Below the pieces are notes generated by a model, which made no database searches, had not been told where the DNA came from, and was given only the letters and a program-made list of their open reading frames with translations. A stretch of DNA of 64,000 nucleotides. It comes from Candidatus Nomurabacteria bacterium (GTDB lineage Bacteria; Patescibacteriota; Patescibacteriia; HK-STAS-PATE-3). Position numbers and translations under genes: made by a program. Positions 1 to 9,092 of this stretch are shown in pieces. Where the stretch lies: assembly GCA_023898465.1 (NCBI GenBank), contig CP060223.1, positions 704,001 through 768,000 of the forward strand. The letters run 5' to 3'. Each line of letters begins with the position of its first letter. Within the stretch, counting starts at the first letter, position 1.

Positions 1-53
1 ATCAAACTTCTCAAACTGCAGGTGACAGTGCGTGTCAAAGAGTCGCGGCATGT

Positions 54-569
54 CTATGTGAAAATGGAGGTTACACTCTCAATCGCCTTTGGGAAAAGCG
101 GTACTAGCCAGGCGCTCACTGCAGTAAAATATCCAACCACATCTGATTCTGCCAAACGGTTTGCCCAATCCTCCGATAAAGGTAATCGGCCGATAAACTG
201 CAGGGTCACTCCAACGATCAAACTTCCTTCAATGAAACCTAGAATCGCACCGCCGACTCGATTGAGTAATTTCATGCCAGGTAGGATGGCGAAGATATGA
301 AATATCTTATTCGCAAACCAAAAAAGTAAACCCACTGCCTGAGTGACTACAAAGTACACTAAGATAAATCCAACAATATCTGCAACAAGCGCATTCCCGC
401 CCACGATCGGCTGCACCCAATTAGACACTGAGTCATACCAAATACCGGCGAAGAAGATACCAACAAATACACCGACGAGTGAGCCAATGGTCCGTATGAG
501 CCCAGACCAAAAACCAGCCCAAACAAAACCGAATACGAGCAAAATGAGAATAATATCGAGTAGTGTCAT
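54..569 (-). CDS. cvpA: CvpA family membrane protein (colicin V production protein-like)
   Basis: 171 aa with four predicted TM helices; pattern MxxLDIIL..RGF(W)..hhSL..W matches the CvpA family layout. Confidence 0.55.
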   Translation of the reverse strand: MTLLDIILILLVFGFVWAGFWSGLIRTIGSLVGVFVGIFFAGIWYDSVSNWVQPIVGGNALVADIVGFILVYFVVTQAVGLLFWFANKIFHIFAILPGMKLLNRVGGAILGFIEGSLIVGVTLQFIGRLPLSEDWANRLAESDVVGYFTAVSAWLVPLFPKAIESVTSIFT

Positions 570-611
570 ATACTCTAGCCTAGCATAGAAAGCTCGACTC
601 GTCAGCTCAAT

Positions 612-2057
612 CTACGCGACAATGCGTGGAAACAAACCCTCACCCTTTACAATTTTTTCCGCCTCTAGCTGCTGACGCATCTTCTCCCCTGCTTCTGGCA
701 TAAAAGGGCTCACCAAAGGATGTAGGGTGCGCAGACAAAGGATGTAACGTGACAAAGCTGAACGAAGTTCCTCACTCTTTTCCTCTTTCGCCAGCTGCCA
801 CGGTTTTACTTTTTCGATTTCCTCGTCAATAAGACTGATGGCTTGCTGCAACTTCTGGAGGGCGGTAAAGAAATCAAGCTGCTCAATAGCCTGTCCTATC
901 TCTGTCGGGAAATGCGTAAAGTCATCGATGGCAACACTCGCGTCAATCTCTCCGTCTAAATATTGCTCTACCATCTTTGTTACCCGCGCAACTACATTAC
1001 CTAAGCCATTAGCTAGAGCGGCCTGATACTGCTCGGCAAAAGCTTCTTCTTTGATATCGCCATCCTGACCAAAGGGAAATTGCGCCAGGAGGAGATAACG
1101 AGTCGCATCAGCGCCATATTGATCAACCAGCGCATTTGGGTCAATGGCATTGCCAAGCGATTTTGACATCTTCTGTCCGTTCACGGTGAAGAAGCCATGG
1201 ATGAATTCCGCTTCAGGTAAAGGTAGATCAGCCGCCAATAACATAGCTGGCCAATACACTGCATGGAATTTCAAAATATCCTTGGCCATCAGATGATACT
1301 GCGCCGGCCACCACTGCTTTACTTTTTCCTCATCGCTGCCGTAGCCAATTGCCGTGAGATAATTGGTCAGCGCTTCTACCCAGACGTAAATGCGCTGCGA
1401 CTCGTCCCAAGGCAAAGGAATCCCCCACTGCACCTTTTCACGACTGACAGAAAAATCAGCTAGGTCCTGTTTAAATAAACCAAGCACTTCTTTCTTGGCC
1501 CATTCTGGTTGAATCTTGATCTTATCTTGTTCGATCGCCTCTTTTACCTTTGGCAACCATTCTTTTAGCTTGAAGAAATAATTTTTTTCTTGAATCTTTT
1601 CCGGCACCGTATTGTGCAGTGGACACTTACCATCCACTAACTCTTTTTCGGTTAAGAAGCGTTCGCAACCGATGCAGTACAAACCTTCGTATTGATCTTC
1701 ATACAAAGCACCTTTCTCGTGGAGTAGGCTAAGGAATTTTTGTGCACCAATTTTATGCCGCTCCTCGGTGGTGCGGAGAAAGTCATTATGAGAAATATTC
1801 AGCTTTTGCCAAGCTGCTCGAAACTGCGCACTCACCTCGTCAGTAAACTGCTCCGGCGTCTTACCCTCCTTTACTGCGCTCTCGGCTACCTTAGCGCCGT
1901 GTTCATCCGTACCGGTGAGAAAGAATACCTGATCATCACCTAACTTACCGCGCCAATAGCGAGCTAAGACATCGGCGGCAATTGTCGTATACGCGCTGCC
2001 AATATGCGGACGCGCATTTACGTAATAAATTGGTGTAGTGACGTAGAATTTCTCCAT
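612..2057 (-). CDS. metG: methionine--tRNA ligase (short form)
   Basis: Class I aaRS HIGH-type motif (PIYYVNARPHIGSAYT), KMSKS motif (KMSKSLGN), CxxC zinc knuckle; 481 aa. Confidence 0.9.
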   Translation of the reverse strand: MEKFYVTTPIYYVNARPHIGSAYTTIAADVLARYWRGKLGDDQVFFLTGTDEHGAKVAESAVKEGKTPEQFTDEVSAQFRAAWQKLNISHNDFLRTTEERHKIGAQKFLSLLHEKGALYEDQYEGLYCIGCERFLTEKELVDGKCPLHNTVPEKIQEKNYFFKLKEWLPKVKEAIEQDKIKIQPEWAKKEVLGLFKQDLADFSVSREKVQWGIPLPWDESQRIYVWVEALTNYLTAIGYGSDEEKVKQWWPAQYHLMAKDILKFHAVYWPAMLLAADLPLPEAEFIHGFFTVNGQKMSKSLGNAIDPNALVDQYGADATRYLLLAQFPFGQDGDIKEEAFAEQYQAALANGLGNVVARVTKMVEQYLDGEIDASVAIDDFTHFPTEIGQAIEQLDFFTALQKLQQAISLIDEEIEKVKPWQLAKEEKSEELRSALSRYILCLRTLHPLVSPFMPEAGEKMRQQLEAEKIVKGEGLFPRIVA

Positions 2058-2066
2058 AGCAGCACT

Positions 2067-2741
2067 TTAGCTCGGCGCGACTAAAAGCACAAATTCACCC
2101 TTTTGCGAGGGGCGCTTGGCAATGACTGTGGAGACCTCTGCTAGGCTTCCACGAATAATCTCCTCAAACTGCTTGGTAAGCTCGCGACCTACGACGCACT
2201 TCGCTTCAGGCAAACGTTCGGCCAAGGCTTCAAGCGTTTTTACAATACGATGAGGTGACTCAAAAAGGAGGACTGGGTAGACACTCGAGGCGATTTCATT
2301 CAATAAGGTCTCTCTCCCCTTCTTGTGAGGTAAGAAACCAAGGAAGGTGTAGCGATCTACGGAGAATCCGGCAACAGAAAGTAAAGCAGTCACTGCACTT
2401 GGTCCAGGAATCGGCACAATCGGAATACCAGCCGCCACTGCAGCAGCAACCACTTGATTGCCCGGGTCAGACACGCCCGGCGTACCAGCGTCAGTAACCA
2501 AGGCAGCTGAGGTGCCTGACTGCAACTCCTCAATCATCTTATCCAAACGAGCTAGACGGCTGTGCTGATGAAAAGAAACAAGCCTCTTCTTCACATCATA
2601 ACGCTGCAATAACTTCTGCGTTACCCGGGTATCTTCGCAAATAACAAAATCCACTTCATTGAGGACACGAAGTGCTCGCTGACTGAGATCCTCCAGATTC
2701 CCAATCGGGGTTGCTGCAATAAAGAGTGTTCCGGTGCTCAC
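2067..2741 (-). CDS. rsmI: 16S rRNA (cytidine1402-2'-O)-methyltransferase RsmI (tetrapyrrole methylase fold)
   Basis: N-terminal LFIAATPIGNLEDLSQRAL..VDFVICEDTR and DAGTPGVSDPG motifs typical of RsmI. Confidence 0.85.
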   Translation of the reverse strand: MSTGTLFIAATPIGNLEDLSQRALRVLNEVDFVICEDTRVTQKLLQRYDVKKRLVSFHQHSRLARLDKMIEELQSGTSAALVTDAGTPGVSDPGNQVVAAAVAAGIPIVPIPGPSAVTALLSVAGFSVDRYTFLGFLPHKKGRETLLNEIASSVYPVLLFESPHRIVKTLEALAERLPEAKCVVGRELTKQFEEIIRGSLAEVSTVIAKRPSQKGEFVLLVAPS

Positions 2742-3805
2742 GACTCTAAACGATTTTGCTCAGCTTTTTTCTCTTTGAGGAAATCCTCTAAAAAGGCATT
2801 GGCAATAATAGTTACCGGGATCGCTAAGATCACACCAACGATACCAGCCAACTTCGCGCCAATTAACATCACCACAATCACCACGACAGGATTTAAGCCA
2901 GTTACCTTTTGCATCACCTTTGGCACGATCAAATTATTCTCCAACTGCTGGATAATAATATAGAGAATAATAACCAAGAGCGCTTTAATCGGCGATTGGG
3001 TAAAGGCAACCAAGACGGCCGGAATAGCTCCGATGAAAGGACCAGCAATTGGAATAAACTCGGTGATGCCAGCGATCAGAGAAAGCACAATTGCAAAATT
3101 CACACCAAGGATACTCAAACCAATGAAGGTCATCACTCCAATGATCAAGCTGAGAATTAACTGTCCGCGCAACCATAGCCCGAGGCGATGCTGAATACGA
3201 TTAATCACTTGGATGATGTAGGGCTGCCAATGAGCCGGGGCAACCGACTGCACAAACTTCTTAATACCCTGCTCCTCCAGCGTCATATAGAAGGTAAGCA
3301 CCAAGACGCCGAAGAGCGTGAAGATGCCACCGAAAAGATTTACCACGCCGGCAAAAATACTTCCGGTAATTTTCACCAGAGATTGGTTTAATGCGTTTAG
3401 CGTTTCTTGAATATTCTGCAGCAGGGTTTGATCACCTGCATCGTTCTGAATATTCAAGCCATTAATCACATTATTATAAATTGTCGGGAATTTATCAGAA
3501 AAGGACTTCACTTGATCAGCCACCAGCGGCACAAAGAGTACTACCGTTAAACTAATCACGCCGAGTAAAATCGTGTAAAGGATGATAATACCCAATACGC
3601 GAGGAATGCCCTTACGCTGTAGCCAGTCCACCCAAGGATCAAGCGCCGAGGCAAAAACCAAAGAAATAAAGACAATCGCAATCACATCGCGAATGAGGAA
3701 AAGCGCCGCTACGAACAATAAAATCACCAGCACTTTTACAATGCCGCTCGTGGTAACTCGTAAAAAGACTTCGTTGTTATTGTTTTGCGTGGCCATACGA
3801 CACAA
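2738..3805 (-). CDS. AI-2E family transporter (PerM/YdiK-like)
   Basis: 355 aa polytopic membrane protein; C-terminal GITEFIPIAGPFIGAIPAVLVA signature of AI-2E family. Confidence 0.75.
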   Translation of the reverse strand: MCRMATQNNNNEVFLRVTTSGIVKVLVILLFVAALFLIRDVIAIVFISLVFASALDPWVDWLQRKGIPRVLGIIILYTILLGVISLTVVLFVPLVADQVKSFSDKFPTIYNNVINGLNIQNDAGDQTLLQNIQETLNALNQSLVKITGSIFAGVVNLFGGIFTLFGVLVLTFYMTLEEQGIKKFVQSVAPAHWQPYIIQVINRIQHRLGLWLRGQLILSLIIGVMTFIGLSILGVNFAIVLSLIAGITEFIPIAGPFIGAIPAVLVAFTQSPIKALLVIILYIIIQQLENNLIVPKVMQKVTGLNPVVVIVVMLIGAKLAGIVGVILAIPVTIIANAFLEDFLKEKKAEQNRLES

Positions 3806-3887
3806 AGTATAGCTTTGTTTCTAAAAATAGCCAAATCTTCCCGGCAAGTGTCAATAACAAATCAACGAGTAGCGAAAAGACTTTTTA

Positions 3888-5183
3888 TTACTTCTTCACC
3901 AGGTTCTCGAAGCGCTTTGCGTCCTTATAGGGCCCAATAATTGCGAGATTCATCTTCTGCGGATTGATAATTTTGCGAGCCAGAGCATTTACCTCTTCCC
4001 TCGTCACCCGTTGAATCTTTGCCATCTTTTCAGCCGGAGTTTCAATCTTCTTGGTGAGTAGCCACTGCTTCCCAAACCAGGCGCCAATATGATCAGAATC
4101 TTCTAATTCCAGAACCAGCTTACCTTTAATAAATTCCTTCGCTCGTTTCAATTCCGCTTCCGTGATCCCCTGTTTCCGAATCTTCTCCAGCTCCACCAAG
4201 ATTGCCTTGATCGCTTCCTCGGTTCGCTCTTTTGCCACACCGGCTTGAATATAGAGATTGCCAGTATCCTCATACACGGTTGGCGTACAGCGAATAGCAT
4301 AGGCCAGACCGCGGCGCTCTCGGATTTGGATGAAAAGACGTGAGCTCATGTTGCCACCAAGGATGGAAGTCAGTAAAGACAGGGCGGGTAAACTCTTATC
4401 AAAGTAAGAGGCTGCCGGATAACCAATGCCAATCTGAGCCTGCTCAGTCTCTTTGTACATAACCCGCACTCGCGGCTTGGTGCCCGTGTAACGAAAAGGC
4501 TTGAAGGTAAGCTCCTTCTGCTTGGTAGCTGGCACCGTGAAAAGTTTTGCCAATTGCTCATCAATAGTCTCTTCATTATAGCGACCCGATACGACCACCA
4601 TCATATTGCTGGGGAAGTAGTGCGTCTTGTAGAACTTCAAAATAGTGTCGCGAGTCACATTACGAATCACCGAACGAGGCCCGGCGATTAATTGACCAAG
4701 CGTCGAGCCAGCGTACATGGTTTCCTCAAAAATATCCTCGAGGTACATGAGCGGGTTATCCTCGTACATGCTTATCTCTTCGATAATCACAGTGCGCTCT
4801 CGATCGATTTCCTTGGCGTCAAATTTAGAGTTCGCCAACATGTCTGCAATAACATCCAGGGCAAGGTGAAGGTGTTCCGAATTAATTTTAATGTAGTAGC
4901 CCGTGTGATCCTTGCCGGTGAAAGCATTGTACTCCGCTCCCACACCATCCAGTAGGCGTGAAATTGATAAAGTGCTGGGTCGTCGCTTCGTGCCCTTAAA
5001 CATCAAGTGCTCAACAAAGTGGGAAATACCATTTACAGGCTTGCTCTCATGTCGTGAACCAACTTTGGTTAAGACAAGCACAGTCACCGCTTTTGTCTCG
5101 TGCAAAGGCACCTTAAGTACCCGCATACCGTTTTTAAGGACCGAGGTCTGGTATGGCTTCCCTGTCGCAGATTGTTTAGGCAT
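3888..5183 (-). CDS. M16 family zinc peptidase (insulinase-like)
   Basis: HxxEH zinc motif (HFVEHLMFKGT); start taken at MPKQSATG, which is preceded by AGGAG; 4 nt after the glyQS stop. Confidence 0.8.
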   Translation of the reverse strand: MPKQSATGKPYQTSVLKNGMRVLKVPLHETKAVTVLVLTKVGSRHESKPVNGISHFVEHLMFKGTKRRPSTLSISRLLDGVGAEYNAFTGKDHTGYYIKINSEHLHLALDVIADMLANSKFDAKEIDRERTVIIEEISMYEDNPLMYLEDIFEETMYAGSTLGQLIAGPRSVIRNVTRDTILKFYKTHYFPSNMMVVVSGRYNEETIDEQLAKLFTVPATKQKELTFKPFRYTGTKPRVRVMYKETEQAQIGIGYPAASYFDKSLPALSLLTSILGGNMSSRLFIQIRERRGLAYAIRCTPTVYEDTGNLYIQAGVAKERTEEAIKAILVELEKIRKQGITEAELKRAKEFIKGKLVLELEDSDHIGAWFGKQWLLTKKIETPAEKMAKIQRVTREEVNALARKIINPQKMNLAIIGPYKDAKRFENLVKK

Positions 5184-6486
5184 GAAATTTCTCCTGGAAA
5201 AATGATGGTAGGTCTGCCAGTGCCACGCGTTCCTGTCCCATAGTATCGCGATCACGCACTGTTACTTTTTTATCTTCAGGTGTATCGAAATCAACTGTGA
5301 CGCAATATGGCGTGCCAATCTCATCCTGGCGTCGATAGCGACGACCAATTGAGGCGACTTCATCGTACGCGCACACAAAGTTCGATTTCAACGAGTCAAA
5401 TACTTCAGCAGCTACTTTGGTAAGTGGCTCTTTTTTTGACAATGGCAATATGGCGATTTTAATAGGAGCTAAGTCTTTATGCAGACGCAGCATGACTTCC
5501 TCCTCTTTATTACTCTCTGTAGTGGTTGTCCGTCCGCCCTCTACAACTTCGTAAGCATCGAGGAGAAAGGCTAAGGCAGAGCGCTCTACGCCGAAAGAAG
5601 GTTCAATAACGTATGGAGTAATCTTACCCTTCTCATCAGGGTATTCCATCCCATGTGCTTTCAAATCGTAATCAGTCCGGTTGGAAATACCAATTAACTC
5701 TCCCCAACCTTTGAAGGGCCAGTTATATTCCAGATCAACCGTTGCCTTGGCATAGTGGGCCAGCTCTTCTTTTTTCTGTTTGTACTCACGGACGCTGTTT
5801 TCCTTAATGCCCAGCGACTTAAACCAGGCAATGGATTCCTTCACCCAGTAGTCAAACCACTCCCCGTCTTCACCGGGTCGGACAAAAAACTCTAGCTCCA
5901 TTTGCTCAAATTCCCGTGAACGGAAAATAAAATTACCTGGGGTGATTTCGTTACGAAACGCTTTACCAATCTGCGCAATACCAAATGGTAATTTCATGCG
6001 CATGCTCTGCTGTACGGTTTCGAAGTTTACAAAAATGTTTTGAGCTGTTTCTGGACGTAGATACGCTGTAGAAGCATCGTCCTGCACCGGACCAACAAAG
6101 GTGCGAAACATAAGATTAAAGGCTCTTGCTTCTTCAAATTCTTTCTTGCCACAATTTGGGCAAGTCTCACTCATGTCTTCTTCTTTGAAACGCTGATGGC
6201 AAGATTTGCACTCTACTAGCTTGTCGCTAAATCCGCCCATGTGTCCGCTTTTTTGCCAAACAGTCGGGTTGGTCACAATGGCGCTGTCCAAACCAACCAC
6301 ATCGCGTCGCTCTTGAACAAAGTGTTTCCACCAGGCGCGCTTGATATTATTCTTTAGCTCAACCCCCAGCGGACCCCAATCCCAAAAGCCGCCCAGGCCA
6401 CCGTATTTTTCCGCAGTAGGAAAAATAAAACCACGGCGCTTTGCCAAAGATACCAACCGTTCCATCAAATCAGTTTGCGCGTTCAT
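5176..6486 (-). CDS. glyQS: glycine--tRNA ligase (dimeric class II GlyRS)
   Basis: Class II motifs (FRNEITPGNFIFRSREFEQMELEFF), C-terminal anticodon-binding domain; start taken at MNAQTDL, with TATACT box about 11 nt upstream and no SD. Confidence 0.9.
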   Translation of the reverse strand: MNAQTDLMERLVSLAKRRGFIFPTAEKYGGLGGFWDWGPLGVELKNNIKRAWWKHFVQERRDVVGLDSAIVTNPTVWQKSGHMGGFSDKLVECKSCHQRFKEEDMSETCPNCGKKEFEEARAFNLMFRTFVGPVQDDASTAYLRPETAQNIFVNFETVQQSMRMKLPFGIAQIGKAFRNEITPGNFIFRSREFEQMELEFFVRPGEDGEWFDYWVKESIAWFKSLGIKENSVREYKQKKEELAHYAKATVDLEYNWPFKGWGELIGISNRTDYDLKAHGMEYPDEKGKITPYVIEPSFGVERSALAFLLDAYEVVEGGRTTTTESNKEEEVMLRLHKDLAPIKIAILPLSKKEPLTKVAAEVFDSLKSNFVCAYDEVASIGRRYRRQDEIGTPYCVTVDFDTPEDKKVTVRDRDTMGQERVALADLPSFFQEKFHA

Positions 6487-6624
6487 ACATAAGGAGTATA
6501 GCCGATGCCTCCCTGCTTCGGCAAGGTTCAAATATTCTACCAGGCGTCCCTGCCTTCGCAAGGCTATAAATAGAAAGCCCCGCCTCATCTCAATACAAAG
6601 TGTTGTGATGGACGGGGCATGGGT

Positions 6625-6798
6625 TTAGGACGACGCATCGTCATCCTTCTTCTCTGGGTCGGGCTTCTCCTCCTCATCTTTTGGAGGATCACCACTCCCC
6701 CCGCTCGGTCGCCAATCCGTTGCAAAACGAACTGGCTCAATGAGCACTGGAGCTTCAGGTTCAGGCTCTTCCGGCGGCGGCTGTTCTGGAATTTTCAT
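6625..6798 (-). CDS. small acidic Pro/Glu-rich protein (57 aa), hypothetical
   Basis: ORF MKIPEQPPPEEPEPEAPV...KKDDDASS preceded by AAGGAG 6 nt upstream; high GC; not in ORF track (<60 aa). Confidence 0.35.
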   Translation of the reverse strand: MKIPEQPPPEEPEPEAPVLIEPVRFATDWRPSGGSGDPPKDEEEKPDPEKKDDDASS

Positions 6799-6865
6799 CA
6801 CGCGCTCCTTTTCGCCTCCATGGCATCAGCATCTTTCACCAAGTTGAAAAAGAAGTCAATAAGAA

Positions 6866-6925
6866 AAAGCCTCGCCTCGCACTTCGCTCACCCAAGGGTG
6901 AAAGAAGATACGAGACGAGGCGCTA
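6866..6925 (-). terminator. long imperfect hairpin plus U-tract on minus strand (repeat copy R1); tail contains TTGACT
   Basis: About 25-bp imperfect stem (GCCTCGCCTCGCA...ACGAGACGAGGCG around inner CTTCGCTCACCC/GGGTGAAAGAAG) followed on the minus strand by UUUUUCUUAUUGACUUC. Confidence 0.6.
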
Positions 6926-6939
6926 GCAATGTGCAATCC

Positions 6940-7497
6940 TCACAGCGCATCGAAGCTGATCAGTCGACCATCAGGACCAAAAACCCAAAGTCGACTCAGC
7001 CGCTCTAATGTTTGACGGAAGTTTTCCCTGTACTGCTCCAGCGTCGCCCGAACGATTTCCTGGCAATCCTCACCCTGAAGATTCGGGTCTGACTTCAGGG
7101 CAATGATATCGTCCCGGTAGCTTATCGCCGCCTGACGAAGCGCTGCAGCAATCCGACCATTCTGCTCGTGCACAAACTCCCTTCTCAATTGGCCTATGTA
7201 GGCCGCAGCCTGCTGCTCATAGTACTCGATGATCGCCCTGGACACTGCTTCAGCAACACTCAAACGAGTGGCGTAGTGAAGCTTGATCAGCTCCAGTGCT
7301 CTGGAATGGATTTGCCGGCGAAGCCTCCAGTCAAAACCAAAGTGTCCGAGACCTCGACAACGCTCCCTGGCTTCAGCTACTACCGCGTCAACATCCAGAT
7401 CGTTCAGCCCACTCTCCAAGGCCTGCGGCGAGGCACGTACCAAAGCAGATGAGTCAGTTGAGATAAACTCCCAGTTATCCTCTTCTCTACCCATAGG
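6940..7497 (-). CDS. hypothetical protein (about 185 aa from MGREEDNW start)
   Basis: High-GC ORF; internal start has AGGAGG 8 nt upstream overlapping the stop of the upstream gene (translational coupling). Confidence 0.5.
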   Translation of the reverse strand, partial: PMGREEDNWEFISTDSSALVRASPQALESGLNDLDVDAVVAEARERCRGLGHFGFDWRLRRQIHSRALELIKLHYATRLSVAEAVSRAIIEYYEQQAAAYIGQLRREFVHEQNGRIAAALRQAAISYRDDIIALKSDPNLQGEDCQEIVRATLEQYRENFRQTLERLSRLWVFGPDGRLISFDAL

Positions 7498-7498
7498 T

Positions 7499-7750
7499 CT
7501 AACCTCCTGGCAGAAGGAGCTGGCCTGCACCAAGTCTCCGTATCTGCTGATCATAGGATTGAAGCTGTCGTTCACGCTCACCAGATGCTAGACCCAATTT
7601 CGTCAGCTCAGCATCGAGCTTTCTTCGCTCCTCAATCAGGACTTCGGCAATTCGCTGCCGCGCTTCCTTCTGTATTCCCTCAACTTCGTCTCGGGTATGT
7701 TGTACGATTGTCCGAATGGACGCTAAGACCTCACTCTCTTCCACGGGCAC
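7499..7750 (-). CDS. hypothetical coiled-coil protein (83 aa)
   Basis: Charged heptad-like sequence; coupled to neighbouring genes. Confidence 0.45.
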   Translation of the reverse strand: MPVEESEVLASIRTIVQHTRDEVEGIQKEARQRIAEVLIEERRKLDAELTKLGLASGERERQLQSYDQQIRRLGAGQLLLPGG

Positions 7751-7753
7751 ACC

Positions 7754-8275
7754 TCATGCTCGATTAATGTCATCACGTGCCGTACCAAATGCATCTCGAT
7801 GGCGCCGCCGCTCTTCCTCAGACAAAGAGCCTTCCAAGCTGGCGAGATTCCGCCAGCCTCGCCGCTTTGCCTCAGCCTCACTCAGCTCCACTTCTCGAGC
7901 AGTATTGTTCATTGCTCCTAGGACTCGAATTCTACTTTCCTCAGTAGAGCGTGTGGCTGCCGTCCTTTGATCCATGCTATCTATCATAGCTTGCAACTTT
8001 GCAGAAGTTCGCAAAGAGTCAGCACGGCGCTTCTCAACTGCATTCTGAAACCACACGCGCTCTTCTTCTTCCCTCTTCTGTATCCGGCTTACGGCTCCAA
8101 CAAAAAGAAGGACGAGAATGATTGGCCAGAACTTTGCTACCAGAAACGCAAACAACAGAAACACGATGATTCCTATGACTGCCATAAGGCACACTCCCTG
8201 TGTCACGGTGTAATAACCAAAAGAAGAAAGGGCATGCGCCCCTTGCGTATTTTCAAGGTCCTTTCCGTTCTTCAC
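7754..8275 (-). CDS. membrane-anchored coiled-coil protein (173 aa), hypothetical
   Basis: One TM segment (VIGIIVFLLFAFLVAKFWPIILVLLFVGAV) then charged coiled-coil; GTG start 8 nt after a TTGACT-17-TATACA promoter-like motif inside the R2 tail. Confidence 0.5.
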   Translation of the reverse strand: MKNGKDLENTQGAHALSSFGYYTVTQGVCLMAVIGIIVFLLFAFLVAKFWPIILVLLFVGAVSRIQKREEEERVWFQNAVEKRRADSLRTSAKLQAMIDSMDQRTAATRSTEESRIRVLGAMNNTAREVELSEAEAKRRGWRNLASLEGSLSEEERRRHRDAFGTARDDINRA

Positions 8276-8319
8276 TTTTTGTATAACTCTAATATCTTAG
8301 GAAGTCAATGGATAAGAAA

Positions 8320-8378
8320 AAGAGCCCCGCCTCGCACTTCGCTCACCCGAGGGTGAAAGAAGATACGAGACGGGGCAA
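8320..8378 (-). terminator. long imperfect hairpin plus U-tract (repeat copy R2) with compensatory base-pair change relative to R1
   Basis: GCCCCGCCTCGCA...ACGAGACGGGGC; the T>C change in the 5' arm is matched by A>G in the 3' arm; tail CUCUUUUUCUUAUCCAUUGACUUC. Confidence 0.6.
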
Positions 8379-8407
8379 GGAGGCAGAGCTCGCCTGGTCG
8401 AAGATGA

Positions 8408-8959
8408 TCAGCCGAGCGTGGAGCTTCCGTGAAGCGTCTTCACGTCGATCTGCAGTGCCGCCGGGCCTCGAAAGTCACCGAGACGAAGTGACACTTCTTC
8501 TTGAACGTCGATCTGGTAGGAGCAGTCCATCTGGGTTTCATCACCCGCGTCCGGCAGGCGATCCCAGATGATGTACTGCGCCGTAGCATCCGGACCGGAT
8601 CGCGCAGTGACCTCCGGCACCGTGGTCCCATAGTGGCTGACGATGATGCTCTGAGTCCCCGGTTGTTCCGGCCGAGACGTCAGAACAGACTCGACCTGTA
8701 CCCACGGAGTCAGGGCGAAGTCGATCTGGACCTGATTGAAGCTGCTCTGATCCGAAGCCGGCAACAGAACAACCTCACCACCTGCGGAAGCGTAGAGACC
8801 GTCGGGAGCGATGGTGTTGTCGTCCATAGCGTACGTCGCCGCCATTTGAGACACACCCGGATCGTCCCCTCCGGCCGCGTAGATCGGCGGAGCGTGTGAA
8901 AGAGCGTAGCCGCACAGAACGATCAACGCGATCGCCCAGAGCGACAACTTCCTGAGCAT
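8408..8959 (-). CDS. secreted hypothetical protein (183 aa, signal peptide)
   Basis: N-terminal MLRKLSLWAIALIVLCGYALSHA signal-like segment; high GC. Confidence 0.5.
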   Translation of the reverse strand: MLRKLSLWAIALIVLCGYALSHAPPIYAAGGDDPGVSQMAATYAMDDNTIAPDGLYASAGGEVVLLPASDQSSFNQVQIDFALTPWVQVESVLTSRPEQPGTQSIIVSHYGTTVPEVTARSGPDATAQYIIWDRLPDAGDETQMDCSYQIDVQEEVSLRLGDFRGPAALQIDVKTLHGSSTLG

Positions 8960-9092
8960 GTGGACCTCCTAAGGCGAAGTTCCATCTCGTAAGCAACGTT
9001 GCTACTCCCACAATACTTTTGTGGTGAGCATTCACATGGTAACTAAAAGCTTCTCGAGTAGTCAATAGAAGAAGATACACAGTGAATACTGC

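Noticed and set aside
838-2000. Short plus-strand ORFs inside metG (838..1026, 1263..1463, 1740..1943) and similar antisense ORFs inside other housekeeping genes across the window
   Set aside because: They are antisense to strongly supported genes, have no SDs, and are typical six-frame noise.
6619-7008. 129-aa plus-strand ORF, and the similar 87-aa ORF at 8308..8571
   Set aside because: Both read straight through the R1/R2 hairpin repeats (identical HFAHPRVKEDTRRG peptides come from the repeated DNA). There is no SD, and they overlap better-supported minus-strand genes.
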